Below, piece after piece: positions 34,201-49,200 of a stretch of DNA of 64,000 nt. How positions within the stretch are numbered: position 1 is the stretch's first letter; each line of letters opens with the position of its first letter. The position numbers and the translations under genes are program-made. The stretch comes from Balanoglossus misakiensis (Eukaryota > Animalia > Hemichordata): contig CM082579.2 of assembly GCA_040954595.2 (NCBI GenBank), positions 1,439,908 to 1,503,907 of the forward strand, written 5' to 3'. The notes beneath the pieces were generated by a model that was not told the origin of the DNA, did not search any database, and saw only the letters and a program-made list of their open reading frames with translations.

Positions 34201-37200
34201 GATTTAATTCAAAATTATACCGATCCTCCCACTGCGGGAAGAGACTTTATTTAATCTCACTGTATAATTTGCAAATAATAATCTCCTAAATTAATTTTAC
34301 CGAGTTTCGACGTTAATAAGAGGTCAGTTTCTAGGGAGTGTTTCTTCTGACTTCTTCCCTAGAGGGCGCCGTAATCGGAAATAACGTGCTTCTCCAAGGA
34401 TTTCGTATTAGCTTCTGACGATTAGATTGTACTGTGAAAGCAATGCGCTCCAATTTTAGTGTCACTATGGTGTTCACATTCATGTAGTCGTATGATTACG
34501 TCACACTTACTGGCTATACGTCACACTTACGGTACGATTGGAAGTGCTGCTTGACATTTTTTTACCCTGGGATGGGGTTGGTATATGCATGTTGGTTATC
34601 ATGAAGGTGGACGAATTGGGTTCTTCGTCGCACTAGTCACATTTTGCACACTAGCGATCATGCGTGCGTGCGCAGATCGTTGTGTTTCCATCACCTTCCA
34701 CACATCTTCATCAAATGATATAAAACACCTCGACCTCCTAAAACTCAATTACGGCTAGTTCTTGGTCGAATGACAGTTAATTACTTCAATAATCTGACAA
34801 GTCAAGTGAAATAACTTCTCAAGCGCTACAAAAACATTAGGAACAGATAGAGTGACGCACTTCATTCATTTAAACGAATAAAACAGGTCGGATTAGTCTG
34901 CATTCCAAAAGTGTATTAGAATTTTTACTATCTAATAACGATATGTACTTTTCGGCGAAAATTGAAATAATCCCTTAGAACAGCATAAAGTCACGATTTC
35001 TCGTCATGAATTGAAGTGGTTTGTTGTGAATGAATATCACAGTCCACAGAGGTGGGGACTTACACCGGATGATTCGACCTGTGAAAGTACTTTTGACGCG
35101 GGATGTATGCAACAGAAGTCACCAACTATGTCGGGTCGTGATTTACTGTGGCCTGGTATGACGATTAAGGTCTGCAATCAACATGGTGAAGGGGCCAAGG
35201 CTCGTCGTCTGAACCCGTTCAAGTGTCAAACACGTTAACGGCGATCACACCGCCGTGTGGCAACTGAGTCAGGGCGAATTGAATTCTGTTTACAACACTT
35301 TAGCAATAGTTTGTCTTGCGTGACGTTACTAAGAGATATGCAACTGCGTGGTTCATTCGAAAGAAAAGTGTCCTGTGATAGAATTGTTCATAGAGCAACG
35401 TCCTATAGAAATCACACTGACAGACACACACTGCAGTAGAAACTGTAGACAGTACAGGTGGTACCGTGAAAACAAAGCAAAGTGACCCTTTTGTGTTCAT
35501 CAACAAATATTTAAAGACAGGTGCACGATATAATAGGGAAATTACGACAAGTATGTTTACTTCACCAAATGACAACCGTGTGTACCATCAGACCAGTGCG
35601 ATGCATACACGCCCTAAACCGTGTGCAGAAATAAACCTAACAAACAAATGATGTGACTGTTAATAGTCATCTACTGGAGACATGGTTTGTATGTATGATG
35701 GGAACGGCATGAAACCATCTAAACCATCTGTAATGCATCATGCTATTGTACTAAATGGAAGCCGATGTACAGCTGTGTCCGACACTTCCAGGCACCGGAA
35801 ATATGTCTTACTTTTGAGAAATTGGGATATGGACGGGATATTAAATAATTTCCACAAAGATGCAATTTCCATGTTTCCACTTTGACATCTATCTAGCCTT
35901 TGAATAGCTTGGCGGCGTCTGTTTATACACATTTAAAGCAGCAAACAACGACCGGTATATGTACATTTGATACGTAAGGTATTCTGTAGTTTTGTAAATA
36001 CTTTGTAAAGAGACAATTTCCAAGCGCAACATTCCCCAATCAGAAAACGAAACGCAGGCCTGAGTGAACGTCAGTTCTTTCAAGAGCTGTCATCGTTCTT
36101 TGAAAGACGTATTACTTGTAAATGAGTTTTTATTGTCGTTTAGTTGACCTGAAATCACCCCAGGGGCCGTTTATATGTCCACTTTTGTGCCCTTGACAGT
36201 TTACAGGTATCTCTGAGCTATCATATTACAACATTTGTGTTACCAGCTTTTATATATGCCTATTAAGTAAGAAAATGCACGCGATCACTTTCTATCGACA
36301 GACACTACATTTTTGTTGTGGGAAAAGTAAGACTTGAAGCTACGTCTTCAGAATTCAATCCATATGGGCTGATAGGCCACGCAGCTGTTTAATCAGCGTC
36401 GCCAGGTGTAGTGTCTAGCTTATGAATGCGATATATGTAGATTTTTTGACACTCTGCACACACTCACACAAAGATCCAATACATACACGCATACCTTTTC
36501 GTCAGACCTTGGACTTCAGACGGAATGCGGAGCGCTGGTGTTGCCTGGCTGAGACGAATATGGTGACCCTAGTTCTTGCTAACCGGACGGTCCCTTATTG
36601 TCCTGCAGATAAAAATATTTAGCGATTAAAGTTTTATATTCAAAAAAAAAATCATCAAGTTATTCTCCATGCTACTTCTTCCTGACTGCAATAGTTATGT
36701 GACTTGCCGCAGGCTCTACTGGGTTTATGAATGGACGATTTGAGTTCATAATCATCATCAATACAAAGGAAGATACAGGTTAATATGAGGTTATTACGAA
36801 AATACCGCAAAGTATGCACGAGGACATTAGCGCCAAGTATCGCCCGACGCGTAGCGGAGGGCGATGCGCTGCGCTAATGTCCGAGTGCATACTTTGCGGT
36901 ATTTTCGTAATAACCTTATTATTATACATCTTACATCTCCGTTAGTTCTTGTGTTGCACGTTACTTGGCTTTCAAAACGCCCAAAATGCCGATACAATCG
37001 ATCGAAAACCGCTCAGTTGACTCAGTGAGCAGCCATCTTTCTTTTTTGTTTACGTGTGCGCACGTGCATTGGAGTGGGGGCGCCTTGAAACCGTCCGCAT
37101 AACAACGCATACCTGTACACGGTGAGTTGGGGCGCCTTGAAACTGAAGACGTATTTAACACGCGATCCGTACGTACCGTTCCGTACGGCTTTTTATTGCA

Positions 37201-40200
37201 CGCCAAAATATATTGTTCTCGGCACTAGATGTATAATACTGTGTTTTAATTTCCACTTGATTTGCTCAAGGTAAATGTTAAATTATGCCGATGAATGCCA
37301 AAAAAAAATCCCAAAATAGACAAGCAGGTGTTCTTGGAACAAAAAAGCCTACGTCATCAGGAACTGCGCAAAGATCGACGTGAACGTCAGCAGGAACTCT
37401 ATACATCTACACACGCATACAATGTATGTTTTGATTTTGATGATTATAAATCCAAATTGGGTCGATCTTACACCAACAATGAGAAAGTGGCCAATCCGCA
37501 TTTCCTTCCATGATTAGAAGTTATATTAGCCAGAAATTACAATGAATGGCGATCGTTTGAATTCAGCTAATACGGGAACATAAGTGGAAACGTGACAATA
37601 CAAATCCCACCACTATAAGCCTATTTTGACAAACTGTCACTTAATATCATAATTATACATTTACATTGGAACTTATTTGGCTATATTTTATACGGTCCCT
37701 AGAGTTACAGAAATTGCTATTGCCAACCAATTGTCATCTTCGTGTCTTTCTAAACACTACATACATCTAATTCTGAAACGACGAGAATTAAAAACCCATT
37801 AACAATTTTGAAATGGAAAAAACGTCCGGTTAAATATTTGTCAGGTTCAAACATGATGTTTTCATACTCGGTTCTAGAGTTTTATATTCTTTAATTGTCG
37901 GTAATAGTACGGCGACGTTTCATATGCAGGCTACCCGAGTGTATATTCCACTGAAATGTTGCTTGGCGGTCTATCGCGGAGAGTTTATCACCGCCGGAGG
38001 TCCCAACATGGCAATGTCCAAATGAGAAACTAGGAAAAACCCAAAGATAACATATGGCGGACACGGGGGAGTTTCTTGCCGAGCACGACGTATCATGATC
38101 AGCCGATGGAACGTGGCAATGTTTGCGGAAGCTTTGAGTCTCGAATCTGTCCTAACATGCTTCTGGGACAAGACAGGACTGATAGCAGCGATGTTTTGAC
38201 ATAGTTGGATGCACGCGCGCACATGATTGAAATATTACGCGGCGGGTTGTCTGTCATGAAACATTTGGGACAAATCTTCTAGAAATGCTCATAAAATACA
38301 CCACCCCATGTTGCTCATTTTGACATACTGCAACCAGTCATAACCATCGTTAGCCAGTTTTTAGCTAACGCGACATGAATCAATATTCTTAGACATTCCC
38401 TGTCTGAGTTTCGACTTTTTGCTCTCAAAACTGTCTTTGTTCGCGATGGCTTCTCAGTAACTCACCTGTGTAAGAAACTGTTTACCACAAAAAGCACCGT
38501 GGTTGTCAATTTGTAAAAGTGCCAAAGCGTAAAATGTTATTGTCATCACCCCCAACAGAGCAACGACGCGCCTACTTTGATTCCCGCCATACCGCCTCGC
38601 CCTCTTGTACACACCTCCTCGACAACCAATTCAGAGTTACTGAAGCGAAGATGATTGCGGGAACGAGAAGTTCTTTAATTTCGCTGATTAAGAGAATTTT
38701 ATTATACCTTTTTGCTGCGTTAAATAGTCCGTGGCAGGGGGTAAGACCCGTTAAGTGGCATCTTCAACACCTCCCGCTGCGGTATTATCTGAAAATCAAC
38801 AACAATGACAAAAATGATAGCATTCACAGATAACAGGATGTCATCAATCTTAGGAGAAATATTTCAATATGGCTGACTCTGATTGCAAACAAGGTATCAT
38901 ATCACCATAGTTACCATAGCTGTGATTTAGTTGGTCGAAAGTTTCGATTCACCAGCACAAACCGCAAAAGCGCGCAGTAGGAAATTCGTCATAGATTTTA
39001 AAAAATAGAATGATATGTGATACATTCGACACCCCCACTATAGAATTCTTCGCCCTCTCGGTCGATGAAATTCAGTACAAGTCAACTAAATACCAGTACT
39101 CAATTTCATGTGCCCTTCATTCTGAAACGACTGATTCGCAACCCTTTCTGACATTTTATGTTTTTGATGTGGTCGATGCGTTAATGATTTCTTGTGTGTG
39201 ACTATAGGCGTCGTGAGTATCATGAGACAACCAATCGATAAACAGCGACTTCCAGGCAGACAGACAGACAACTGCCCGTTATTGATAGTATCGCACAGAC
39301 CGGCATTTATTCATAAAACGCGCATTGTTAGGTCACAATCGATTGTTAAATCATTTCGCTTGCCGAGTTAGTTTGCCATTAATATTTGACTGGAGCGTGC
39401 TGACATATGTTGCGTGCGCACACAACGCTGCAGTGAAAGGAAACGTGTTTGTTAATTTGCATAATCCGGTTTCAACAATATTACATATATATTACTATAT
39501 TGATGTGGCCCTCACATGTTGATGCGAGAAACTGCCATCTCACTCTTACATGTAAATCGTCAACTCAATAAGCCGCAATCGTTTTTTCGCTTTCCTCGAA
39601 GATTAGTTTGAGTTGACAAAGGTGTTATCTATCGTTTGGGTACGCGAAAGCCAAGAACAAACTGGTATTCCCTATTTCGTGAACACCTTTGCTGGTCTTC
39701 GCACGGAATAATGATTTATCTCGGACTAAAATAAAGAAGTGATATGTGGTATCGGTAACAGGGGATATTGTGCTTATTGAACGGATAGAAACGGCCTAGA
39801 AAGAATACTGTCTGTAGACTTTATTAATCAAGCATTGCGCGGAGAGTTATTGCAACTTACACTTTTGTCCTTACTGGGTGGTGTTGCTGACTACAAGGTT
39901 AAAATGCAAATGTCTGCTATAATCCTATCACCACTCGTGCTCGATGTGTTAGAGAGGGGTCACCGGTTTACGGTCGGCGTTTTTTGAGTAGTTTACTGAT
40001 AGAATTATTCAACTGAAGTGGAGTAAAGCGTCTGTTTAATGCGAAAACTCGCGCATTAGGGCCAGTCTCTGTCGCCATTGTCGCTCCAGTAACCTGCACA
40101 GCCATTGTCGCCGAGGAGACGTGGCGAGAGGCGGGAAATTCGTCAGGTTTTTGCGATTTAGACAAGACTCGGAACCGGACACCTGGCGGAACGTGCAGGC

Positions 40201-43200
40201 AATCAACAAATGTCACGAACAGAGAGACGGCCGCACGAAACTGAAGAGCCGGAGGTGGAATTTCAGACAAGGCAAGACTTCGTACAGTCTGGATAATTAT
40301 GATCGGATCGTATCACATGAGCTATATTAGCGCCGACTGTATTACAGAACCATCTCTGTCCAGTCACCGCTCATAGTAAACTATCAGCGAACGAGGTTGG
40401 CCGCGTGAATTGCCTTATCAGGACACTTTCAATCTACCCGCTATGCTGACTGGTGCATCTCAGTGGAGGTACCTTAACGGTTTATGACACTGCGTATAAC
40501 CTATTGTGTTCCCGCACAATCTCGCCAAGATTTATGTCCTATGCTTTACGATGTCATCCCCGCCTTGGTACCTTTCCTTTGTTCGTCGGCGTGCCAGTAG
40601 TTTGAGATTTCCACGGCTGGAAGTATATAACGGTGGCCTGTCTCCGTTACCTGACCTAGTCCTCTTAAGTCACACCACATAACGGTGAACAAATTGACCT
40701 CCGCCGCGACAATGCGTTCTCTGGTGTTATTTCTGCACCATTTCCACTGTATCTGCTGAAGAACGAGAAATCTCATAGACGCGCACCCTAAAGAAACCGA
40801 CAACCATTGACGTCCAACGTGCCAGCAAGCAGCAAGGAAAAAAATAATTTCGCCCACAGACTGGCATACTTGGTAATTTTCTTCCTTAGTGTTTTTATCG
40901 CAACCTGACGGGAGCCTGTCAGTTTCAACAGCCCAAGAAATGGATGTGCGCTGCAGATTTCCTTATCACCGATGCGCAATATACGTCATGCTAGCAATTA
41001 CCTCATGGAACGTCGCCACTTCGTCACCTAAGGATATTAATATCGGTAATTTGCACTTTATTATCTTTCATTATCTGTGAAATCGATTCAGACATTTATC
41101 TCAGCGATCTTCCATTTTTAAATAACCGACTCAATTGCAAAGTCATGATAGCATCGCGAAGGGAACAGACAGATATCGACAAAATTTACCATGACGAAAA
41201 GGTTTTGTTTCGTGTCCGTTGAGCAAACGGCATTAATCAATTTCCCATGATAATTTGTCGCCAATAAACCCCGAAGAATGGCGAGTCATAACGACTGCAA
41301 TCATGAGGTATGTGCGCTTATTTCGAAAAGTAAGTCAATTTAGATTATTTTCTGTGTCTATATATGAGAGAAAGGTGACAGCCCGACTGTCTGGTTGATC
41401 TTTCTGTTTACTTTAAACTGATCTCTAAATCTGCAATGGTGTGTATATCAACCGCTATTTTGGGGTGCTCCGGTTTTTTCTTGTGGTTTGGAATCATCAA
41501 CGTCAGGCTACGTGCCTTTGTGTTGATATTTCCTTTTCTTATATATTTTCGTGAGTCAATAAGCGTCTCTTTGAAATTTGTCACCAAGCTGAATCCGATT
41601 TAATGAGGACAAACCCGTGCTACTGGGTATTCACTGTATCTTGTAACTCTCTTAGTGGCCACAATTTCTTCGTAGTTTACACAAATAATCTCTCCTTCTG
41701 CCAGAATAAGAGATGAAATCAATTATGAAATTGACGGCGAAGTTCCGCGTCGGCAGCCACGACGGTCATTGAGCTTCTTAACAGAAAGCTCCCCGTGGTG
41801 TGAACAGACTCGAGACTCAGACAAGACACGCGCCGAGATATGTTCCGAGTGGTGACTTCTTAGGACACGGAGGGCTCAAAACGTGCTGCAGCTACACAGC
41901 TTTCGACGATTCAAGTCGACAGGGTCCGATGTGTGGACCTGAACGCCGCATAGTAGAAATGGCAATAAGGAGGCTAAGTTTTGCGTGTTACTTGCCATAA
42001 AGACGCGATTTATATATAACACGCGGACAAATTCATCGGCTCGACGGGAATTCGATGACGCCGAAATTCACAACATCGCACAAGACTCTAAAATAAACAA
42101 AAATCATGAAACCGAGTATTGTCTCTTTCAAGTTGCCTGAGAAGACATCATTTCACTCGAATGAGCATGAAATGTGACTTCCAGCGGATTGGCTATATTG
42201 CTTGCAATGGACTTTTAAGCTTGTAATCTGGGTCAGGGTTTGATTGAAATTATGAATAAGAGAAAAAGCAATCATGATTACAATGACGATGGATATATGT
42301 ACATGAATAAAATAAATATAATTATTTCATTGTCATGAAATAGCAAGACACAAATTGACAACGTTGATAAAAGTTAAGCTATTTTTTCTGCCTTAATTTT
42401 TTCAATTTATTTCAACCTAACTGCGCACAAACCAAAACCCGCAGTTCCTTTAAATGTATAATTATTTCCAATTAAACAAATATATAACTACGTACGGGGA
42501 ACCGCTATGCAATTAGAGTGGCGTGTCGCGAAATAAACGTTTAATAATATTTGGAGTGCAAAACACACAGAAACATGGAATTTAATGCTGGTTGGACGAC
42601 TGAACATTATGAAAATCAAATACTGAAAATATTTCACCTCTCTGTTCAGTTACCAGGGAGACGCATTTAAATCAGTAAATCCGAATCTCACTAATACTTT
42701 AAAAATTGCTCATGTCGTCGATCTGGTTGGCAGCTGTTAAATGTGTTAGAAATCCTTGATAATATTTCTTTTAATTAACTGCTATCCCCTCAGCGGTATA
42801 GTTACGTCATTTTGTTGTAGGTAACATACATCTTTTCGTACTGGTTAGAACACGCAGAATTATTGTGATAAAAGAACGTTTAAAAGAACGCATAAGGTGA
42901 CGTCATCAAAATACAGTTGTTTACTTTGCAACCTACAGTATGAAGGTAGTAGTGTACATTTCTGAAAACAAGTTTACAAAAGGCCAATTCTTATTAAATA
43001 GGGTGTACATTTCACGGCAGCAGCGTCCTTGATAGACAGATGTCACACCCTTTTTGATCTGTAATTCCATTTTAGTCAGGTTTGTGCTTTTCTCATGGCG
43101 TTTGGCATTGAATTTTATCCGATCATTGTTGTCATGTTGTTCTTGCCAAATGTCAGATTTTTTAAAATCGTATGATCAGTCCAAGCAAAGTGAAATGAAT

Positions 43201-46200
43201 GCGATTTCTAAAGGGGATAAAAACTGATACACTAAAAAGTACACCTATAGCGCGTGAGTTGTCGGATTTAGATTCCTGTGTTAGTATAGCTCACGTGACT
43301 TCATTGTTCGCCATATCCTTATTACTTCACGACACATGACAGTGATGCATTTCCCATGTGATGCACTGAGATACTTTCAAATGGACGCCACTGTAAACAA
43401 TAGCCTGGACTATCAAAGAGATAAAAGGCAGGTTTCATTAAATGATATCAATGACATCCAAATTTTCCTTTTTACAGGTTTCATGTGATTCAGAAAGCAC
43501 ATTTGCCCTAAATACGAAATTGTACCTTCTGCCTGTCACTTGCGTGTCAACTGCCAGGGTTAAACGTTGCCAGTTTTCTGTTACACACCATCCAGATTTT
43601 GCTTGACATTAAGTAACGGTCTCAAGCTTGGCCTAAGTCCTTGATTTAAGTATTTTTTCTAAATATTGATAACCATCTGTGTGACAAATGGACCGCGATA
43701 TCGTGAATTTGGGAGTATTAAACTAGATGGATAGCGTTCGGACCTACTGCGCAGACTCTTTACCGTGTCAGCCAACTTCGCAAGTACAATTTCATTTTCA
43801 TTTCCGAGGTACAGATCGCAACTACATCATAGACAAATCACTATTTTAACCCAGGGGACGAAAATGCACATAATTTCTTGTTTCATTTAAAGTCACAATG
43901 GCATTGAATTCCAGGCCGCTGAACCCGCAACCTTGAACATACATAGGTACAGAAACATTGGAATTGACACCAAAATTATCTATTAAGGTCAACAATCGAG
44001 ATGAGAAAGTTAAAAATGTTAGGTCGCATCCTTTGAAAATTAACAAAGTGACAAACAGTTTGATGACGTATGTAATGTGTGTGACTCTCCCACTGCTAGA
44101 CATGTTTACGCTGTTTTTATTTACGCGTCGAATGTACAATTTTATACAGTGATTTCCCGGCGATGCGCCAATTCAATGACGCGGATTTGTCGACCTTTTT
44201 CGTCAAACAACCACTTCAAATATGACAAACAAGCTTACAAAGGACGGCTATTACTCTTTTCTCTTCGGCAAAGAGACATCAATGGGGCAGATAACAAAGG
44301 ATGGCAGATAAGACACGACAGGGACGATTGTCCCATCTTTATGAGGAGTGTACCCCCTGCCGAGTCTGATCTAATTGCCGGCCCTCCCCGTTCCCTTTGT
44401 TCATGCGTTCCTCGATATGCTCCGCTGAAAAGCAATCATGTGTTAACCACGTCGCCGCTTTCTGTCGCGATTAGGGGTGACACGGGGGCATTTAATTTCC
44501 GACCACTGCACGGTAACCAGTGCAGTCGTTTCCATTACAAGCTGGTTGTCACGATTCGGGGGAACGCCGACGCGCGTAAAAACATGCGTGGCTTTCCTTT
44601 AAATTTCGAAAAAAACATTACCGCACACATTTGCAAGCTCACGAAAGAACGACGTTGCTATAGTTTCTTCAGGTAATTTTCAAGCGACGCGTCACCTGCA
44701 GAAACCCGCTGTGCACCGGTTGTTTGTATTCAATGACAATAAAAAACATCAGAGACATGACAACGCCCTCGCGGCCGTTAGTGTCACCTTACCCGAGGAC
44801 ATTGCATTTTGTCGCCTCGGTAGTATTCACACCGTTATATTTTATGGCCCAACTGTGTGGGGACCCCCACTGGGGTTCCCACAACAATACCCATTGTTCT
44901 GCCGTGGTAGAGGCGTGAGCAGTAAACCGCTACATTGTGTTGTTCCCCCAGACAGGCGATTTTACAGAATTTAATAAACGATAACGCACCGAGTATCACT
45001 CGAATTAGTTGCCATACCAACATATTACGGACACACTGACTAACCTAGCCGAAATCTAACTGTCGGGGCGGCAGTCTGTTTGTTTTGTGGATTCCCAGAG
45101 CAAATAATACTCTGTTTTGTAGTATTATGAGTGGTTTTCCCACTCATGTCTTGTTTTGACCAAGATGGAACCACAGATAAGCACTTCGTGCAAAAAATGA
45201 ATTATTAATCAAATTCTGGACAACCTGTTAGTCACGGATAAAAAAGAAGCGACTTAGAGCAGTGAAATGTGTCATGAGCCGATTAACATTCACAAGTTTT
45301 GAGCCGATTTTCGGTCAATAAATCGAAGGGGGATAGCACTGTATAAATGTTAAATTCATAACATTCAGTTTAAAGGTACACTAAGATGTAGACAATCAAA
45401 GATTTTCACTTTGATGGTCACGCGAAAATGAGGGGTGAATTTAATGTAAACTGCAAGATTCACGCATCAGGCAGTCACCACAACAGCGAAATCAGGCGAC
45501 AAATATAGTTGACTAAAATTCCACGAGGCGGATGATTGTTTCATTGTTGATGCATAGAGACCTTTTGGTATTGGCCCATCATTTGATTTCAAACACGAAA
45601 ACCATTCACGCGTATTAAGGGATTCATCAGTGAGAATGCTTTGTAGTGCCCTCGGCTTTCAGTGCAGTTCACCATATGTTGCACACAGATTTAATGGTTG
45701 AAAATCCTATCCGATCGAAACTGCGTCGTCGTCGCGCTTTCCCTTTTGCCACGGGTCGCCGTGACCATGAAAATGTTGCTTTTATCGTACAGTACACGTC
45801 AGCAAGAAAAACTTCTAATGGTACAGTTTTGAAGTGGTCCCTAATCTGTTGCGGGAAATTACGGTCCAATTTGAGACGATCCCTCAGGCTAACCGTTCAG
45901 TTGAAATTATGGTTCAGTTGCTCCGTGTTTCTTTATTAAAGTCATCGCACTTGAGGCAGAGCCCGAAGGATGTGCGCATGTGCATCAGCGGTTTAATTGG
46001 TAAACCGACACGAACTCTCTGAATGTACCTGGGGGGGGGGGGTTGTGCACGACGCGGTTTGCTGAAAATATTTATTACAGTCAACAATACCGGGTTTGTT
46101 GGCTGAGAGTGTCCACTCCTCGGATCAACGTCCCTGGTTTTAAAACACGCGTTCAAGAAACTAAAACAAAATAGGCCAATGCGGAGATTGAGAACTAATT

Positions 46201-49200
46201 TTGGAAGTTGCTGGCTTTCTCATCCACGTGCGCGGAATGTGTGAGTCTAGGGTGACGTTATCCGACCCCATACGACAAGGCCCGAGCAGGGGGCCGATCG
46301 TTTTCACAGTTTTAGCCAACGTGTGTTATCATTGGTAAGATATCCCTAACTCGACCTTCCTGTATGTAATGATATTACTACTGATGTCGTCAACGATTAT
46401 CGCGTATTAATTCAATAAAGACAGAGCGGATTCCATTCGAGTTCTAATACTTCTTCAACTCGAATACTTCTCCGAGTCAATCTCCATTAAAGTACTAAAA
46501 TCGGAAGACGTTGCCTGAAGTATTAGATTGGTGTTTAGTATTCGAGAGATCTCACTGCTTGCGGCAAATGTCAAACATCCTGGTGTGGGCGACAAAACCG
46601 TGACTCGCGCGTGTCCAGAGTGCTAAACGCAGTCTGTGCATTTGGAAAAGTCGGTATGATGCGTTTACGTATAACAGGTATAATCTAATGCTTTTAAGGT
46701 CATCTTCGCACGATACGTGCCAAATTACTGTGACGTGAAAAGGACAAAAATCAGTTCATTATCTCAGTCCGTGTTACAGGTTGTTTTTCACCTTAAAATG
46801 TTAGACAGCGCTTGAATGTTTTCGACGTCATTTAGTTTTCCAACTTCAAGATTGGGGAAGCCACACTGCTTCGTTTGAAGGAATGTTTCATTAGAGAGGA
46901 TTGTTTTTCTCTTTCTTGTTTCATTGGGGCAGGTCCGTTCAAAACTTATTGGAGGGGATTCCAATGGTTGCCGTATTTTCTCAGCCAACCAACTCAGCTC
47001 AGAGCCCCCCCCCCCCGAAACCCCCCCCCCCCCCGAAAAAGTTTATGGACGCCACCTTATAATGTGACGGTATGAGTTGCATATGAATAGCATGAAGGCA
47101 TGTGTTCTTTTGCACTAATCATCTCATCGTCTGAGAGTTCTAGAACATTCGCGGCGTTTTTCATTCATCTGGCATAGTTGATATATCAGTCATCAATCAA
47201 GAATCAAAGCACCATCAAACGATAGATGATCAGGCTAGATCGATGTCAACAACGGATTCCTTCCATGTCTGAGTGTCGATATCTCAGCAGATATGAATTT
47301 TAGCCGCCATTTTCGTTTTGGCATACCCATTACACAAAATTCCTATACAATCGCCACTATGGATACTCGTGTGTAACCCTAGCATTGGGAATAAGACGCT
47401 GAAGTGTCGACAAGAGAAAGAAATATCGTTTTTCTGAATTTGCCGAACTTCAACTTCGAGTATTGCCGTCGGCCATCTTTGAATGATGGCGGCCACACAA
47501 AGGCTGCCCTCTCCGATTGATGTGACATAACATCAAGCACACAATATGGGTCAATTTGTTTTGGCGCGATCTGTAATGGGTATTTAACCCCTCAGGGGAG
47601 CCAAAGTTAATTTCCTCATTTTTTCAATTTCATCCCATCGACTAGCAGTCATCACAAGTGAAATATGCCCACTCCTTCAATTATCGCGGAATGAAAATCG
47701 ATTTCATAATTGCCAAAATTGGAAGCATCTATTAATTCCTCATAAAAAAAGTATTTTGGGGAGCTTTTTCATGCCGATGGGATTGAAGTTTGATTTGATA
47801 AACAGAAAATAACCGGGAATGAATGATTCTGTCAGGGATAAACGTATATTTCGTGATGCCGGCAACGAATGATGGAATTACCGTGATACCGGTTGTGGGG
47901 TTTGTAATCCCAGTGCTCTAAAGCTTACAGAACAATCTGTCACAAAACCCTCCGTTTTGCTGAAATCCCAGCGTTTTTATCCGCGGGGTACTGGCCCGAT
48001 TTGATATGCTAGTGCTCTCAGCGTACTTTAACCGGTACTCTGCCGAGAAGCAAAACATAATTATTGCCTTCAGTCTTATTTTCCTCAGCGTGTGTTGCAT
48101 AAGTGTACTTGCCTAAAGTAGCGTTGTTTTCAGGGCAGCCACGACATACATTTATAAGAAATGGCGCATACGTGCTTCGACATGGACAAATGTCGTTTCT
48201 AAAGTCAATGACATCTGATGTTGTTTGTGAAAGAAGGCACCAACGGAAATGACATCAAATTAATGTAATTGGACTTGTCCATTCAACCAATGACCCTCAA
48301 TTAGTTCAGAAACAAAATAGTTGCCAGAGTTCCGCAAAACTTCATTGATGAAAACAAAGTCTAGAACGAGACATGGCATGGTGATTCCCGTATTAGTTCT
48401 AGTTAGCAAATGAATCTGCTATAAAAAGGGGAAAACTGAAGCCAGGAGATAATATTACGCAAATTATGTCAACAACGCAACGCGTAGTGATATGATGCTA
48501 CAGGTCGCCCGAGGACAGCCCTCCAGCGCAGTTCACACAGGGTTAATGTCGCGTGCGTAGTTCCGGAGGCAAGCTGCTTGTACCGTCGTTCGCTCGAGGC
48601 TACGATTTCGATACGCATGTTGGATTTATCAGGAAAATGGTCTTCTCACGGACACACTGCAATCATTTAATCGTGATGGCAGGAATAGATCGATTGAAAC
48701 CACTAATATATTATATTCCTAGGTCAATTCCTCTCGTTTCAGATTTGAAATGTCTGCTGGAATGAACTTATAGGCCTACAGGGTAGAGGACAATTTTCTG
48801 TACTCCAGTGTAACACTTTTCCCTGCTGTGTAATTTGTGACACAATACACCCTCCGGTTAGTTGCGTGAACAAAATGAATACTGCAGCCTACAAGAGTGT
48901 TTTTACGCCGCATTGTTTTAAAGCGTATCAAACTATGTTGATCTAGTGCGTCTTTAATAAGAACTAAATTTTCTTGATTTAATCTCTGAGATAACCTCGT
49001 ATCATTTATTCCACTGGTTAGAGTCTGTATTAAATATCTTCTTCTGCAAGTTTGTGTAATACAGTAGCCGGACACAGGCTATTTTTAGGTTTTCATCATA
49101 CTCATCTACTTTGGTAACACGCCAGAGTACACAAAAATCGTGTATTACATTACATGCAGTCGGATAACGAGATCTTAGACCCCAGTCTTTCCAAAGGCTC

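Noticed and set aside
37295-37513. 72-aa charged ORF next to the hairpin element, considered as a transposase remnant
   Set aside because: No recombinase, transposase or zinc-finger motif is visible, it lies outside the inverted-repeat boundary, and it is too short to support.
40712-40759. MRSLVLFL... as an alternative iGluR signal-peptide exon
   Set aside because: Stops after 15 codons, and the nearby donor at 40873 is preceded by an in-frame TAA in the required phase.
44077-44676. 199-aa ORF in iGluR intron 1
   Set aside because: Non-ATG start, no recognisable domain, composition like translated non-coding DNA and no convincing splice context.
46925-47058. C-tract region with possible MITE-like ends
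   Set aside because: The putative terminal inverted repeats match poorly, so only homopolymer C runs are certain.
48500-48530. Partial REST/RE1-like GGACAG half-sites around the iGluR
   Set aside because: No full TCAGCACC-nn-GGACAG arrangement was found.
9099-48957. 13-bp inverted match TTAAAGACGCACT (9099-9111) / AGTGCGTCTTTAA (48945-48957) as termini of a giant Kolobok-like element
   Set aside because: The copies are 40 kb apart and span the iGluR first exon. 13-bp matches are expected by chance at this scale or from unrelated decayed MITE ends, and no transposase lies between them.
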